Shown: piece by piece, positions 10,869-23,368 of the stretch
Layout of the letters: every line of letters begins with the position of its first letter
Position numbering within the stretch: the stretch's first letter is position 1
Source: Octopus bimaculoides
Lineage: Eukaryota
Direction of reading: 5' to 3'
Assembly: GCF_001194135.2 (NCBI RefSeq)
Contig: NC_069005.1
Span: 31,389,476 to 31,453,475 of the forward strand
Length of the DNA: 64,000 nucleotides
The notes under the pieces: model-generated
The model's input: the letters and a program-made list of their open reading frames with translations, nothing else
What the model was told of the DNA's origin: nothing
Databases searched by the model: none
Program-made: the position numbers and the translations under genes

Positions 10869-11354
10869 TTAAGAATAATTTTACTCTTGTTTTGGGGATA
10901 TTTTCTGACACTCCCCCGCCCTTGTATTTTGAATCGTTTCTTTGGAAATAAAGACAGGCTTTTGTTGCTCATGCTGGACTCAATTCTCATAGTGAGTGTG
11001 TAGTATGTTGACACCACCACTGCCATCACGAACCACCTCCACCTCCACCCGACATAGTACCAATTAGCATGAAATTGGAACAGTTTATAAAATCAGACTC
11101 AGCAATTATGTGGCAAGCCAGATTGTGTTACAGCTTAGAACTTACGTCAAAAGTAGGGAACTGACTGTGGTGCATTTCCTGTGGCCTGGTTGCTTTGCTA
11201 TGAAGTGGATTTAGTTTTTTTTGTTTTATCTAACTAACAATACATTCACCATTTTTTTCTGTGGTTGAATATTCTTGCTATTAATAACAATGAATAACAC
11301 TAATTATTACTATTTATAATTCAGTATTTTAGTATTATTACTATTACTGTTGTT

Positions 11355-11562
11355 GGCATGGTGACAGAATCATAAGTGCACTGGGCAAAAGGGTTAGTAT
11401 CATTTCTTCCAGCTCTTTACATTCTGAGTTCAAATACCAGTGGGGTCAGTTTTACCTTTTATTCCCTCAGGGTTGATAAAATACAGTGCTAACCAAGTAC
11501 TGGGGTTGATGTAATTGAACACTCTCTCTTACAAAGTTTCTGGCCTTGTGCCTCTACCAGAA

Positions 11563-11595
<33 letters not shown>

Positions 11596-11700
11596 GGGTG
11601 GCAGGCTGGCAGAATCATGAGCACACCGGGCGAAATGCTTAGCGGTATTTTGTCTGCCGTTACGTTCCGAGTTCAAATTCCGCTGAGGTCAACTTTGCCT
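11355..11700 (+). mobile_element. SINE C tandem dimer
   Basis: Copy 11355-11562, (ATT)n 11563-11594, second head 11595-11700. Confidence 0.82.
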
Positions 11701-12561
11701 TACTAGTTTCAACCACTAAATCATGGCCATGCTGGGGCACCACCTAGGATAGTGATGAGGGAAACCCTATGACAAGTATGTTTGCAATGATACACAGCTG
11801 GTTTTTTTTGCAGGTGACACACGGACTGAAAAAAACAAAAAACAAAAGACAAAAGAAAAAAGTACCTCCCTACAACGTCATCTTATAAAAAGCTTACCTG
11901 TCAGCATTTATCTAAACAAACATATATGCGTACATATCAATGGACACTNNNNNNNNNNNNNNNNNNNNNNNNNNNNNNNNNNNNNNNNNNNNNNNNNNNN
12001 NNNNNNNNNNNNNNNNNNNNNNNNNNNNNNNNNNNNNNNNNNNNNNNNNNNNNNNNNNNNNNNNNNNNNNNNNNNNNNNNNNNNNNNNNNNNNNNNNNNN
12101 NNNNNNNNNNNNNNNNNNNNNNNNNNNNNNNNNNNNNNNNNNNNNNNNNNNNNNNNNNNNNNNNNNNNNNNNNNNNNNNNNNNNNNNNNNNNNNNNNNNN
12201 NNNNNNNNNNNNNNNNNNNNNNNNNNNNNNNNNNNNNNNNNNNNNNNNNNNNNNNNNNNNNNNNNNNNNNNNNNNNNNNNNNNNNNNNNNNNNNNNNNNN
12301 NNNNNNNNNNNNNNNNNNNNNNNNNNNNNNNNNNNNNNNNNNNNNNNNNNNNNNNNNNNNNNNNNNNNNNNNNNNNNNNNNNNNNNNNNNNNNNNNNNNN
12401 NNNNNNNNNNNNNNNNNNNNNNNNNNNNNNNNNNNNNNNNNNNNNNNNNNNNNNNNNNNNNNNNNNNNNNNNNNNNNNNNNNNNNNNNNNNNNNNNNNNN
12501 NNNNNNNNNNNNNNNNNNNNNNNNNNNNNNNNNNNNNNNNNNNNNNNNNNNNNNNNNNNNN

Positions 12562-13095
12562 TGAAAGGATGAAAGGTAAAGTGAATGTGGGTGGGATTTG
12601 GTTTCAGGATGGCATGGAATGTAACGAAATACCACACAGCATTTTACTTAATGCTCTGTTGATTCTGTCATTCACCTGCCATATAATAATAATCCTTTCT
12701 ACAATAGGTACAAGGGCTGAGATTTTTGTGGGGAAGGGGACTGGGCAATTATTGGGTTCGCAACTAAGTTCCTGCTGTTTTTTTTTTTTTTTAATTAAAA
12801 TTTTTTAGAAGGTTTTATAAAAAATAACTAATTAATCAATAATGTATTCACCCTTGTTGTTTACAACTTCTTCCCAACATACAATAGGCACATGGCCTGA
12901 AATTTTGTGGATGGGGTTAGTTGATTACATTGACTCCCTCCCCCAGTGGTTGACTGGTACATATTTTATTGAAGCTGAACAGCTGAAAGGCAAAGTTCAC
13001 CTTGGTGGAATTTGAACTCAAAACTGTAGACAGATGAAGTGCCACTACATATTTTGTCTGACGTTCTAACGATTCTGCCAGCTTACTGCCTTAAT
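12562..13095 (-). mobile_element. SINE C cluster (2-3 copies)
   Basis: Segments at about 12562-12670, 12695-12770 and 12880-13093 with GATGAAAGG.AAAGT..ACC..GG.GGAATTTGAACTC motifs. Confidence 0.75.
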
Positions 13096-14258
13096 GATGA
13101 TAATAATAATAATGCTTCATTTGATTGAGCACATAAAATAAAAACTTATTTTTATTTATTTATTTTTTCCGCCCTTTCAAAGCCTAGCCAGGCTCATGGG
13201 CCCAGTTTCCCGGTTTTTATGGCGTATGTGTCCCCCCTCCCCAGCTGGACGGGACGCCAGTCCATCGCAGTGTTACTCAAGAAACAGGAAGAAAGAGTGA
13301 GAGAAAGTTGAGGCGAAAGAGTACAACAGGGGTCGCCACCACCCCCTGCCAGAGCCTCGTGGAGCTTTTAGGTGTTTTCGTTCAATAAACACACACAACG
13401 CCCGGTCTGGGTCAATTTTGGATTTTCATTCTCAAAGGGTCAATCAAGAAATTACCAATCGAAGGTGAGAGATTGGAGTAACTGTAGGATACCTTGTGGT
13501 ATTTGTTTCGACTTTGTGTTTTGAGTTCAAATTCCTCCTGGCACCATGGGTACTTTTAGTGAAATATACTTTTTTTCCCTCTCTAAGAATTCAGGTTAGA
13601 TTTGTGGTTTGTGGATACCTTCCTTTGTTCATTCATTCCTTCCTCTTTCTCACCAGTCTTGGTGGNNNNNNNNNNNNNNNNNNNNNNNNNNNNNNNNNNN
13701 NNNNNNNNNNNNNNNNNNNNNNNNNNNNNNNNNNNAAAAATAAGAGAAACCCCCCCCAAACCCTCTCTTAAGTCAGTTTAATTAAGGCTGACCTGGCAAC
13801 AACAATTTCATCCTCTCCCCTCCACCAAACCTATATTTGATCATTCCTTCATAATTTCAACATTTATCCCACAATGCACAGAACATTCCTGACATAGAAG
13901 GAAACCAGAGAAAATGTTGACATTTTATTACAGACAACAATAAAAATACGTCTAAAGAATGTTGTTGCTTAGAACCAGGTCAGCTGTCATTGAATAGGTT
14001 CGTAGTTTATGACCAAAACCATTCCAACCGTGACCATCACGTCTTTTTACATATCAGGGACTATGGTGGGTCTTGTGTACCCCACTTCTTTATTTCAGGC
14101 AACAGGGTGTGATTTGAAGGAGTTTGGCTGCTATGTCTATTGGATTGGTCAACAAGATTTAGAGCAGCAGCTCTCAATCATTTTTTGCCTATGAATCCCA
14201 TTTGGTTTCTGTTTTACTCAAATGAATCTTCATAGCTACTTGAAGTTTTAAAAAAATC

Positions 14259-14645
14259 CCACCAACCACATGGTTCCGGGTTCAGTCCCACTGCGTGGCA
14301 CCTTGGGCAACTGTCTTCTATTATAGCCTCGGGGCCGACCAAATCCTTGTGAGTGGATTTGGTAGACGGAAACTGAAAGAAACCCGTCGTGTATGTATGT
14401 ATGTATATATATATATATATATATATGTGTGTATGTGTGCTTGTGTGTCTGTGTTTGTCCCCCCACCATCGTTTGACAACCGATGCTAGTGTGTTTACGT
14501 CCCCGTAACTTAGCGGTTCAGCAAAATGAGACCAATGAAATAAGTTCTAGGCTTACAAAGAATAAGTCCTGGGGTCGATTTTCTTGACTAACGGCGGTGC
14601 TCCAGCATGGCCACAGTCAAATGACTAACACAAATAAAAGAGTAA
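14259..14645 (+). mobile_element. SINE A (tRNA-like head, internal (TA/TG)n, 3' module); near-complete copy
   Basis: B-box-like GGTTCAGTCCC, body TTGGGCAA.TGTCTTCTA..ATAGCC..GTAGACGGAAACTGAAAGAA, microsatellite, then 3' module ending CCAGCATGGCC.CAGTCAAATGACT. Other copies or fragments: 612-772+, 10378-10520+, 15600-15752+, 21318-21428+, 32950-33260-, 37225-37480-, 47178-47290+, 55000-55120-, 57070-57210-, 59935-60090-, 61850-62290+. 3'-module-only pieces near 24500, 28000, 30720, 56820, 58900 and 62300. Confidence 0.88.
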
Positions 14646-14649
14646 ATAT

Positions 14650-14820
14650 TATTTGAAACTGTGTAAATAAAATTAAAATATTTTGTGTATTGCACAAGCA
14701 TAACCAATTTATTACACTTCAGCAACAAAATCCTATATGGGCCCCCCCAAGGGTCACGTGAACTCCCCAAGGGTCATGTGGACCCCCAAGGATCATGTGA
14801 GCTCTGGTTGAGAATCACTT
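14650..14820. mobile_element. Partial hAT-type MITE with an internal 19-20-bp tandem repeat (x3)
   Basis: Ends in GGTTGAGAATCACT, like the 27551 element. Carries CCCCAAGG(G/A)TCA(C/T)GTG units at about 14745-14800. The left TIR was not found. Confidence 0.5.
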
Positions 14821-14955
14821 ATATAGAGAATTACTTGTTTGGTTTGTCTAAAGAATGTGATTGGAATAGCTGTCAGTTTGCCAGTCTGGAGGTTCTGTTG
14901 TGAACAGACTTGTCTAGCTGTACGTCAGTCCTCTTTGAATAGCTCTTCTGATTAA

Positions 14956-15176
14956 CCTTTTGGCATTCACATTATTTTCTGTCAGAAGTAAAGCTTATTT
15001 ATTCTCATTGTTTTGTGTTAGTCAAGCATTATCTTGTAGCTTTGAGAGTTTGAAGAGATATCTGGTAATTTTAGAATGATATTGTAGGGTTGGTTTGAAA
15101 GACCAGATCTGGCCAGTTTGAACATAAAACAGGTAAAATATTTTGGCCGGATGTGGCCAGTTTAAATGCTAAAGGA
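14956..15176 (+). mobile_element. piggyBac-type MITE (family 2)
   Basis: TTAA|CCTTTTGGCATT ... AATGCTAAAGGA|TTAA. Further copies at about 16520-16722 (same orientation) and 51072-51297 (reverse). Confidence 0.75.
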
Positions 15177-15756
15177 TTAAGAACACTCCAGCCACAGCTA
15201 TCCTATGTTTTTAGGAGCATGCTGGATAACATCATCTGAGGTGTCAATTTGGTTTAAAGATGGCAGGGTGTGATTTGAAGGAGATTTGGCTGTTATTTCT
15301 TGCAGATTGAGAGATTGCATTGATGTGTCTCTCATTGGCTTGAACAGTGTTATTTAGCCCTAGGTTTGCTCTTTGAGAGCTAACCTAAGATCACTCAAGA
15401 CCTGTATACCTTAATTCCCAGAATTTACAAAGATAAATGATGCAATTCTAACATATTCCATCATTTTGGTTTGAACATAAACTAGAAAATTAAGGGCTGT
15501 GAAAGCATTTAACACCCAAAGCCCAACAGTCTCTGAATACTGCCATCAAATCAATAACAAATTCATTTCTGATCTAAAAGAATTGATAAATAAATTGATG
15601 CCAGCATGGCTGTGTGGTTAAGGACTTTACTTCCCACTGTATGGCTTCAGGTTCAGTCCCACTGTAAGGCAACGTGAGCAAGTGTCTTCTTCTACAGCCT
15701 CAAGCTGATCAAAGCTTTGTGAATAGATTTGGTAGATGGAAACTGAAAAAAATGAC

Positions 15757-15803
<47 letters not shown>

Positions 15804-17104
15804 NNNNNNNNNNTATATATATATATATATATGTATATGTATATATGTATATATATATGTATAAATATATATCTATACACACACATACATATATATATAT
15901 ATCTCAAGGCACAGAAGTGTAACAAAAATTTGAACACTTCAAGAATTAATTGAAGAATGACATGAAAACCATTTGTATCCATAAGGATTTCAAAGGACTC
16001 TTGTAGGAAGTAACTACTGTATGTATATCTATGAATACATTTTTTGTGTATGCATGGTATATATGGTATGTATATATGTATGTATAGTAAATACAGATTA
16101 TGGTTAAATAGCTTTCCCCCCCCCACTCCTTATTACAATAAAGAGTCAATTGTTTGACCATTTATGGTCCGAGGTATCAATCAATGAGTAGACACTCCTA
16201 TTGATTTCAAGGAGTGTGTGTATGTGTTGGGGTGGGGTGGCAAAGAGGTGCAAGTTGTGGTATTTGTCTTTTCCAAGGTCGTTAGTGACGTAGGTGAAGT
16301 AACGATAACTGATTTTGCATTGAAGAATTAATTCACAAGAAGCTTATGTTCTGCTCTACCGGCCTTGTCTAAACATAAACATTATTGAATTACGTGTATG
16401 TGGTGTGACTGTTGTCAGCTCAGCTCTGGTCTGTTCTGATTAAGTAGACCTCTAATTGGAAGTGCTCCAGCTTTGACCACCTTGTCCTTTTTAGCGCTAC
16501 CTCTGGCTACGTTATTTGGCCCTTTAACGTTTAGATTACCCTGTCAAATATAATGCTTATTCATTCACATTGTCTTCAATTAATAATGCATTAGCTCACA
16601 GTTTTGAGATTTCAGTGTCGTGTTCATTTTTAAAAACATTGCAGGATATGTGTGAGAAGCAAGACCTGGTCAGTTTGAACATAAAATAGAAGATTTGAGC
16701 TGTGTACGGCCTGTTTAAATGTTATTTATTGCCGAGAAAAAAAATGGCTGGCTCTACTACACCATAGTTTCACACAGAAAAGCAAGCTTTTTAAAACACA
16801 CACACACACACAAAAAAAAAATCCTATGCAACAACACACAATAGCATTAAAAGCACCTTTATGGAACTAAAGGATGTTATTGCTTGTGGCGTTTATGTAA
16901 CCATTATTCAAGAAACAGGACATAGGACTGTCACCATTCCAAATGATGTTCCGATTAGATCGGCTGTTTTTGTAGTACATGCACACATTTTGTGGGTGTG
17001 AGTGCATGTCTCTGGTAACATGCATAAAAACTTGTAATCTATAATTAGGTATCACAAATGTCACTTGTAAACTGTTTAGTAGCTCTTGTCAACTGGGTCA
17101 CTTA

Positions 17105-17540
17105 AGTGGATATTAATAATGGCTTTCAATTTTGGTACAAGGCCAGCTGTTTTGAGTGGAGCGGGGTGGTGGGGGGACTCACTCACTTACAGCGACTCCA
17201 GCACTTGACTGGTACTTGTTTTACCAGCCCAGAAAGGATGAAAGGTAAAGTCGACTTCAGCAGAATTTGAGCTTAGAATGTAAACAGCAGAAAGAAATAC
17301 CACTAAGCACTTTTGTCCAACATTTTAAATTCTGTATATTCACTGCCTTTAAGTGGAGGATATTAATGACCCTTTCTACTTTAGGCACAGGGCCTGGCAA
17401 ATTGTAAGAGGAGGGCAGTCAATTCCATCAGTCCTCAGTACTCAACTGGTATTGGCGGTATTTGAACTCAGAATGTAAAGACACAAAATACCTCTAATCG
17501 TTTTGTCCGGCACACTAATGACTTTGCTAGCTTGCTGGCT
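17105..17540 (-). mobile_element. SINE C tandem dimer
   Basis: Copies at about 17105-17350 and 17355-17540. Confidence 0.75.
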
Positions 17541-17558
17541 CTCATGGCTTCTGCTCTT

Positions 17559-17895
17559 AACTGATTGGAAGTGTTATCATGCACATGTTTTGTCTTGGTA
17601 TAAAAGATGGCCTACAGCAAAGATTTTGCTCAACAGCACAGATTTGCTTGTCAGTTGTTTGACTTTAACCAGTTGAGCATGTCCCTTTGTAGCTGACGAT
17701 ATGTGCATCTCTGATTATGAGCAGAAGTAGTTGGGGAGCATCATAACCATGTATTGTGAGGAATTCTTTGGGGTTTGAATAATTCACCCTGGAAACATGG
17801 GTGTTTCATCATCCTTAAATAACCCTTATTCAGGGACCTTTTGAGCAGGATGGGCTGCTTGACCTGAAGAAAATTCTAACTGGGCCCCACCTGCA
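17559..17895 (+). repeat. Unclassified interspersed repeat (up to ~500 bp)
   Basis: Reverse-complement copy at 60256-60598 (extends to about 60120) and a partial copy at about 44920-45090. Confidence 0.8.
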
Positions 17896-18832
17896 GAATC
17901 AGCAGAATCTTTAGAGTATTGGTGAGGGAGGGAGGAGGTAAATCATGCATTCTGACATTTGTTCCAGTTCTTTATATTCTGAGTTCAAATCCTGCATTGG
18001 TCAGCTTTAACTTTGGTCCTTTTGGGTACAACAAAGCAGTAAGCCGAGTGTTGAGGTGGTTGCCCCACACATGTGAACCACCAAAATTTCTGGTCTTGTG
18101 GCCTGAATTAGAAACAATTGTTATTCTGTTTAGAATTATATTTTTCATCCACTTCAGTTTTTCACAACTTCTATTTATAGTTTCCATTTGTTTGTTTTCC
18201 TCATTTGTTTCTTCTTTTATTTTCTTTATTTTAGATTTTAATCTTTTGATATAATATCTGTTACACTCTGTGTGGAAGGGAAGCATATATGTATAAACAT
18301 GTGTGTATGTGTGCGCATGCGCGTGAGTGCGTGTGTATGTATGTGTGTGCATGTATAAAGTGTAATACTGATATTATAAGAGTTTGAAGTGGAGGAAGTT
18401 AGTTATTTCCTATCACCTTGCTGCCAGAGCTTAGAGAAACTGTGTGTTGTAAGAATAAGTATATTGAGGTCCAACAATCTGTTGTTGGCTATATTATGGC
18501 CAAGTGGAATTTAAATATATAAATATATTTATGTATATATTTATATTTCAAAATTTAGCGAAAACACAACAAACAGAAAATGTATATATGAGAAAGAAAG
18601 CACTGTCGCTATTGTGTATGTATGTGTGTGTGTGGTGTGCAGGTGTGGTAAGAAGTTTGCTTCCCAACCTCAGCTACTTGCATGTTAATTTCATGAGCAG
18701 GCTGTTCCGTTGATCGGATCAACTGGAACCCTCGACGTCGTAAGCGACGGAGTGCCAGTAACAATATGTGTATACATATAAGAATAGTAATGATAATGAA
18801 TTTATTGTATACATTACAATAATACATATGTA

Positions 18833-19339
18833 CAGGGTGGACCAGAATTCATGACTCATTAGTTTTATATCTTAACTTGATTACTTTATTGTTATTGTAT
18901 TGTTTAAATTTATTTAATGTCTTAATATGCATATCATTAATAAATATATTAATCATCATCATCATCATCATCGTTTAATGTCCGCTTTCCATGCTAGCAT
19001 GGGTTGGACGATTTGACTGAGGACAGGTGAAACCGGATGGCAACACCAGGCTCCAATCTAATTTGACAGAGTTTCTACAGCTGGATGCCCTTCCTGACGC
19101 CAACCACTAAGAGAGTGTAGTGGGTGCTTTTACGTGTCACCTGCACGAAAAAGGCCACGCTCGAAATGGTGTATTTTATGTGCCACCCGCACAAGAGCCA
19201 GTCCAGGGGCACCGGCAACGATCTCGCTCGAAAAACCTTATGTGTCACTCGCACAAGAGCCAGTCCATGGGCACTGGCAACGATCTCGCACGAAAGATAT
19301 CATAGCTAATAAGTGAATCATGAATTCTGGCCCACCCTG
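18833..19339. mobile_element. Tc1/mariner-type MITE interrupted by a SINE E insertion
   Basis: TIRs CAGGGTGG(A/G)CCAGAATTCATGA(C/T)TCA at 18833 and ending at 19339, with TA on the left and TG on the right. SINE E occupies about 18957-19300. Confidence 0.85.
18957..19300 (-). mobile_element. SINE E (RTE-like 3' end with (ATG)n tail)
   Basis: The 3' end CCAACCCATGCTAGCATGGAAAGCGGAC.TTAAACGATGATGATG is read on the minus strand. Other copies: 22150-22420+, 28335-28440+, 39835-40232+ (dimer), 45245-45415+, 48228-48470-, 49345-49480-, 50520-50700+, 55940-56180-. A variant body occurs at 165-400-, 29025-29270-, 44480-44720- and 54725-54960-. Confidence 0.85.
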
Positions 19340-19419
19340 TGTAATGTAATGCGTGTGTATATGAATATACATTTTCTGTTTTCTCATTAAATTCTGTATT
19401 GGAAAGCAAGTGCTGATGC

Positions 19420-19895
19420 CATTGAAACTGGTACTTGACTGATACTTTATTTTATTGATTCTTGGGTGATAAAAGGTCAAAGTTGACCTTACTGGGATTT
19501 GAGCTTCTTAAACGTAAAATGGTGGAATAAATACTTCAAAGTATTTTTATCTAATGATTCAGCTCGTTCAGCGCCATTAATAATACCGATTTCTGCTAAA
19601 GGCACAAAGCCTGAAATTTGGGGTGAGGGGGGACTAATCGATTACATTGACCCCAGTGTTTTACTGGTACTTAATTTAACGACTTCGAAAGGATGAAATG
19701 CAAAGTCGACCTTGGTGGAATTTGAACTCAGAACGTAAAGACATGATATGCTGCTTAGAATTTTGCCCAGTGTGCTAACAGTTCTGCCAGCTTGTTGCCT
19801 TAATAATAATTTCAAATTTTGCCACAAGGGCAGCTGTTTTGTGGGAGGGGATGTCGATTACATCGACCCCAGTGTTTAACTGGTACTTAATTTAT
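19420..19895 (-). mobile_element. SINE C tandem trimer
   Basis: Copies at about 19420-19575, 19585-19801 and 19810-19895, separated by short AAT tracts. Confidence 0.8.
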
Positions 19896-20881
19896 TCACT
19901 CACTCACTCACTTGAATGCATGTGCACACATGCATATGCACCCTTACACATGCAAGCACACGTTTACACATAGACACACATCCACATGCATGCACAACAC
20001 TTACACATACACAATTAAATGCAGTTTTATACACACACACACACACATCACTATTTCAGCTCTTTATTGTATTTATTTTCCCAGTTAGCCAACTTTCTGA
20101 CCTGGTTTCAATTCCTAAATCTTGCTATTTTACTTCAAATATATTGATTGTTGATTCCATTAAGAAAGAAAGAAAGAAAAATCACACAGCTAGTCAGGAA
20201 AAAAAAACCCCAAACAAAACAAAACAAAAACATCTTGGGGTTTCTTGTTTTGATTCTCACCTAGAGATTAAACTATTTGTTTTGATTCTCCATATTTGTT
20301 ATTCAAACACAACACACACCTTTTTGTTACTATATATCCACCCCTTTGTATGCCTGACCTCTGCTATGATGCATCTTGTCCCCCCCCCACTTTACCTCGT
20401 CTCCCCTATCTACCCACCTAGCCATCCTCAATTCCCTACCTCTACCTCCTATTCTCTCTCTACGTATCTCTTATACTTCAGGGGTATACCTTGCCATCTT
20501 ATTGCCACCATCCTTTCCCCACTTTCATACTGAGGTACCCATGTTTCACCTCTACAACAAAACACCTGTACCTGCCCTTTTTTTTACATCTTTAGCCTTC
20601 TCTACACCTGGCACAATGCCACTTCCCTCAAAACTGCATCTGCATTCTGAGAAGTGGTGGGGGGGATCTTGTCTTGCATGTTACTTGGTGACCCCCACTA
20701 GTGCTAGTGCCACAAGAAAAGCACCTAGCACTTCCTGTAAAGTGGTTGGCATTAGAAAGGACATCCAGCTGTAGAAACCATGCCCAGGTGGACAATGGCA
20801 ACCAGCATCTTATCTTTTACTTGTTTTAGATGTAAAGCAAAATTTAGTAACCATAACAGTATAGTCTTTTGTTGTAATCTA

Positions 20882-21008
20882 CAGGGTGTCCACAAAGTCT
20901 GGGTACATGGGGATTAACACATACTTTAAGAAATTATTATTTCTTATATTTAATTGTTTATGCTATGATTTTATTTACTCCATGTACCCAGACCTTGTGG
21001 ACACCCTG
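20882..21008. mobile_element. 127-bp Tc1/mariner-type MITE
   Basis: 29-bp TIRs CAGGGTGTCCACAAAGTCTGGGTACATGG (20882-20910 and 20980-21008, 1 mismatch), flanked by TA on both sides. Confidence 0.92.
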
Positions 21009-23337
21009 TATAATAATATTTATCTGTCTGTCTCCAAAGCGTCAATTGTTAAATTTGGTGTTGATTTGAAGTTTTTGAGTGAAAAAGAAATACGTAAATA
21101 CATAAAAAAAAATGAACAAAAGCAAGAGAAAAGATATATCGCATGAATAAACTTGACATGCATTATTTACAACTGAGTTTTTGTTGCCGTTGGGTCAAGT
21201 TTTTTTAAAAGCAGTGCAGTCACTTTACACAGTGGTGGTGATGGCAGGGATTAGAACAATCGCTAGGTGTTAAGTTTAAAGAAATTTTAAAAAATTATAA
21301 AAAAAGCGTTTTCTGTAGGCACAGGTGTGGCTGTGTGGTAAGCAGGTCACTTCTCAATCACATGGTTCTGGCTTCAGTCCCACTGTGTGGCATCTTGGGC
21401 AAGTGTCTTCTATTAGAGCTTCGGGGGTAAAAGAGTATATATATATATATATATATATATGAGGGTAAGAGAAGTTTGGCAATACAAACAAGAAAATAAG
21501 ACTCAAGGCATGAGTGTGTGTGTGTGTCTGTGTGTGCATATAGACAGACATACCATAACAAACCATTGTGTAGCCTGTATGTAGACAGATGTAGCTGAGT
21601 AAAACTGTCTAATCTGTAACATCATTGAAAGAAAGACGTGTTTGTAAGTCTGAAAGACGTCTGCCGTGTAAGAGATACAATCCTCATAGATTTGTGTGTG
21701 GATCTTATCAGCAATGTTTTCAAACCATAAGCTCTATTTTTGGTAGATTCTTCAGAAATCATGTGATGGTGCAATTGTATCTAATTAAAATCATTTCAGC
21801 CTGCTTACACATAAGCCTTGAGTTTGCCCCATTGCTGGAAGTTGTCAACAAGAGCCATTTTAGCCAGCTAGAAATAATAGCTAACTCATTAAGTCAATGC
21901 TGCCGCGAGTGCTACATCATTTGTATGATGTGGAAAATATTCTCACAGCATTGCCCAAACGATGTTAGCATCAACTTTAATTATTCACTCAAGGCTAGGT
22001 CCCTGTACTGTCCATCCTCTACAAAAATCATGCTACATCACAATACTAAAAGCAATTTCACTACAACTGGTTCTGCTCTCTTTAATATCATGGCAAAACA
22101 AATAAGGGAAGAAAATCTCATAACACTCATAACGCCTGGTGAGGCGGATTGGCCTGCAAGATTCTTGTAAAAAGGCACTTGTGTGGATGCCATTTAAAAA
22201 GCACTTATGCGGGCACCACGTGGATGTACTTGTGTGGGGCCACGTAAAAGACACCCCGCACACAATGTGAAGTGGTTGGTGTTAGGAAGGGCATGCAGCT
22301 GGGGAAACCATGCCAAATCAGACTGGATCCTGGTGCCGCTCTCTGGTTTGCCAGCTCTGGTTAAACCATCCAACCCATGCCAGCATAGAAAGCGGATGTT
22401 AAATGATGATTAAGATAATGATGATTAACTAGAGCTCATTGTTTCTCTGCTTAGACTTTCCTTACAAATGTTGTCCTGCAGAAGTTTAAGCAGAATGTAA
22501 ACCACATTGGTTTTATAAATCTAGGAGAGCCTCCAGCAGTCATGAGTGCTGCTCTTTGTTCTCAGATTGAATATAAAATTTGGAAACAGAGCTTTAAAAA
22601 GTTACTGCTTATTAGCTTCAGTTTTATTGTGTGAATCATTTGGAAGAGAATGCTTCCAACACCTGAACAAAATGTAAAAATTTAAATGCCTCCTAATCTC
22701 TACAGGACTTTTAATGGGTAGTGTATATATAGTTCTGGGCCCATGGTGTTGAACAAATGAAATAGAAATTAGTCCTTAGACAAAAGGAGCAAATTGATCC
22801 TGCTCTACCTGCCTAATCCCTTTGGCACATTTGGAGGCCTGGGTTTCATTCTGTTACAATTGTGTGAAGTGGATGGGTTAAATAGATCTTCTTTTGTATA
22901 GAATGTCTAGAATGCTGGTTAGCTATAGGTCATGCACCTAGATCTGGCATCAGTTCTTGGATGTGCTGTGCCTGAAAGCAGTGTAGAATAAAGTGTTAAC
23001 AACCTAAGAGTGGGCGTCTTATCTACTTGGCCACATCTCACTCTCCCTGAAGAGGTTGATCATTAAGTCCTATTTGCTGTTTTTAGGGCACTTCTGTGAA
23101 CTAACAAATGTTCCAACTATGCAGAGCAATGGGCTAAATACCCAACAAAATTCCTTCCCACTCCTCTCTATTTTGGGTTCAACCTACTGAAGTTGACTGG
23201 CTTTCATAATTTCTTCAAGGTCAATGAATAAACATCATAAATATATTTCAAAGTTGATGCGTGCAGCACTGGATACCCTGTCTGCAAAAGTTAGGAGCTT
23301 TGTAGGTCAGGTAAATGAAATAATCACAATCACAATC

Positions 23338-23368
<31 letters not shown>

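Noticed and set aside
21590-22170. 181-aa + ORF, and faint Helitron Rep-like words on the minus strand
   Set aside because: The + ORF has no recognisable motifs and no ATG start. The minus-strand resemblances are in overlapping, mutually incompatible frames. Needs BLASTX/HMMER against Helitron Rep/Hel to decide.
22430-23330. Possible ancient L1/Tx1 remnant (LEHLL.H-like word on the minus strand)
   Set aside because: A single short motif among many stops; not supportable.
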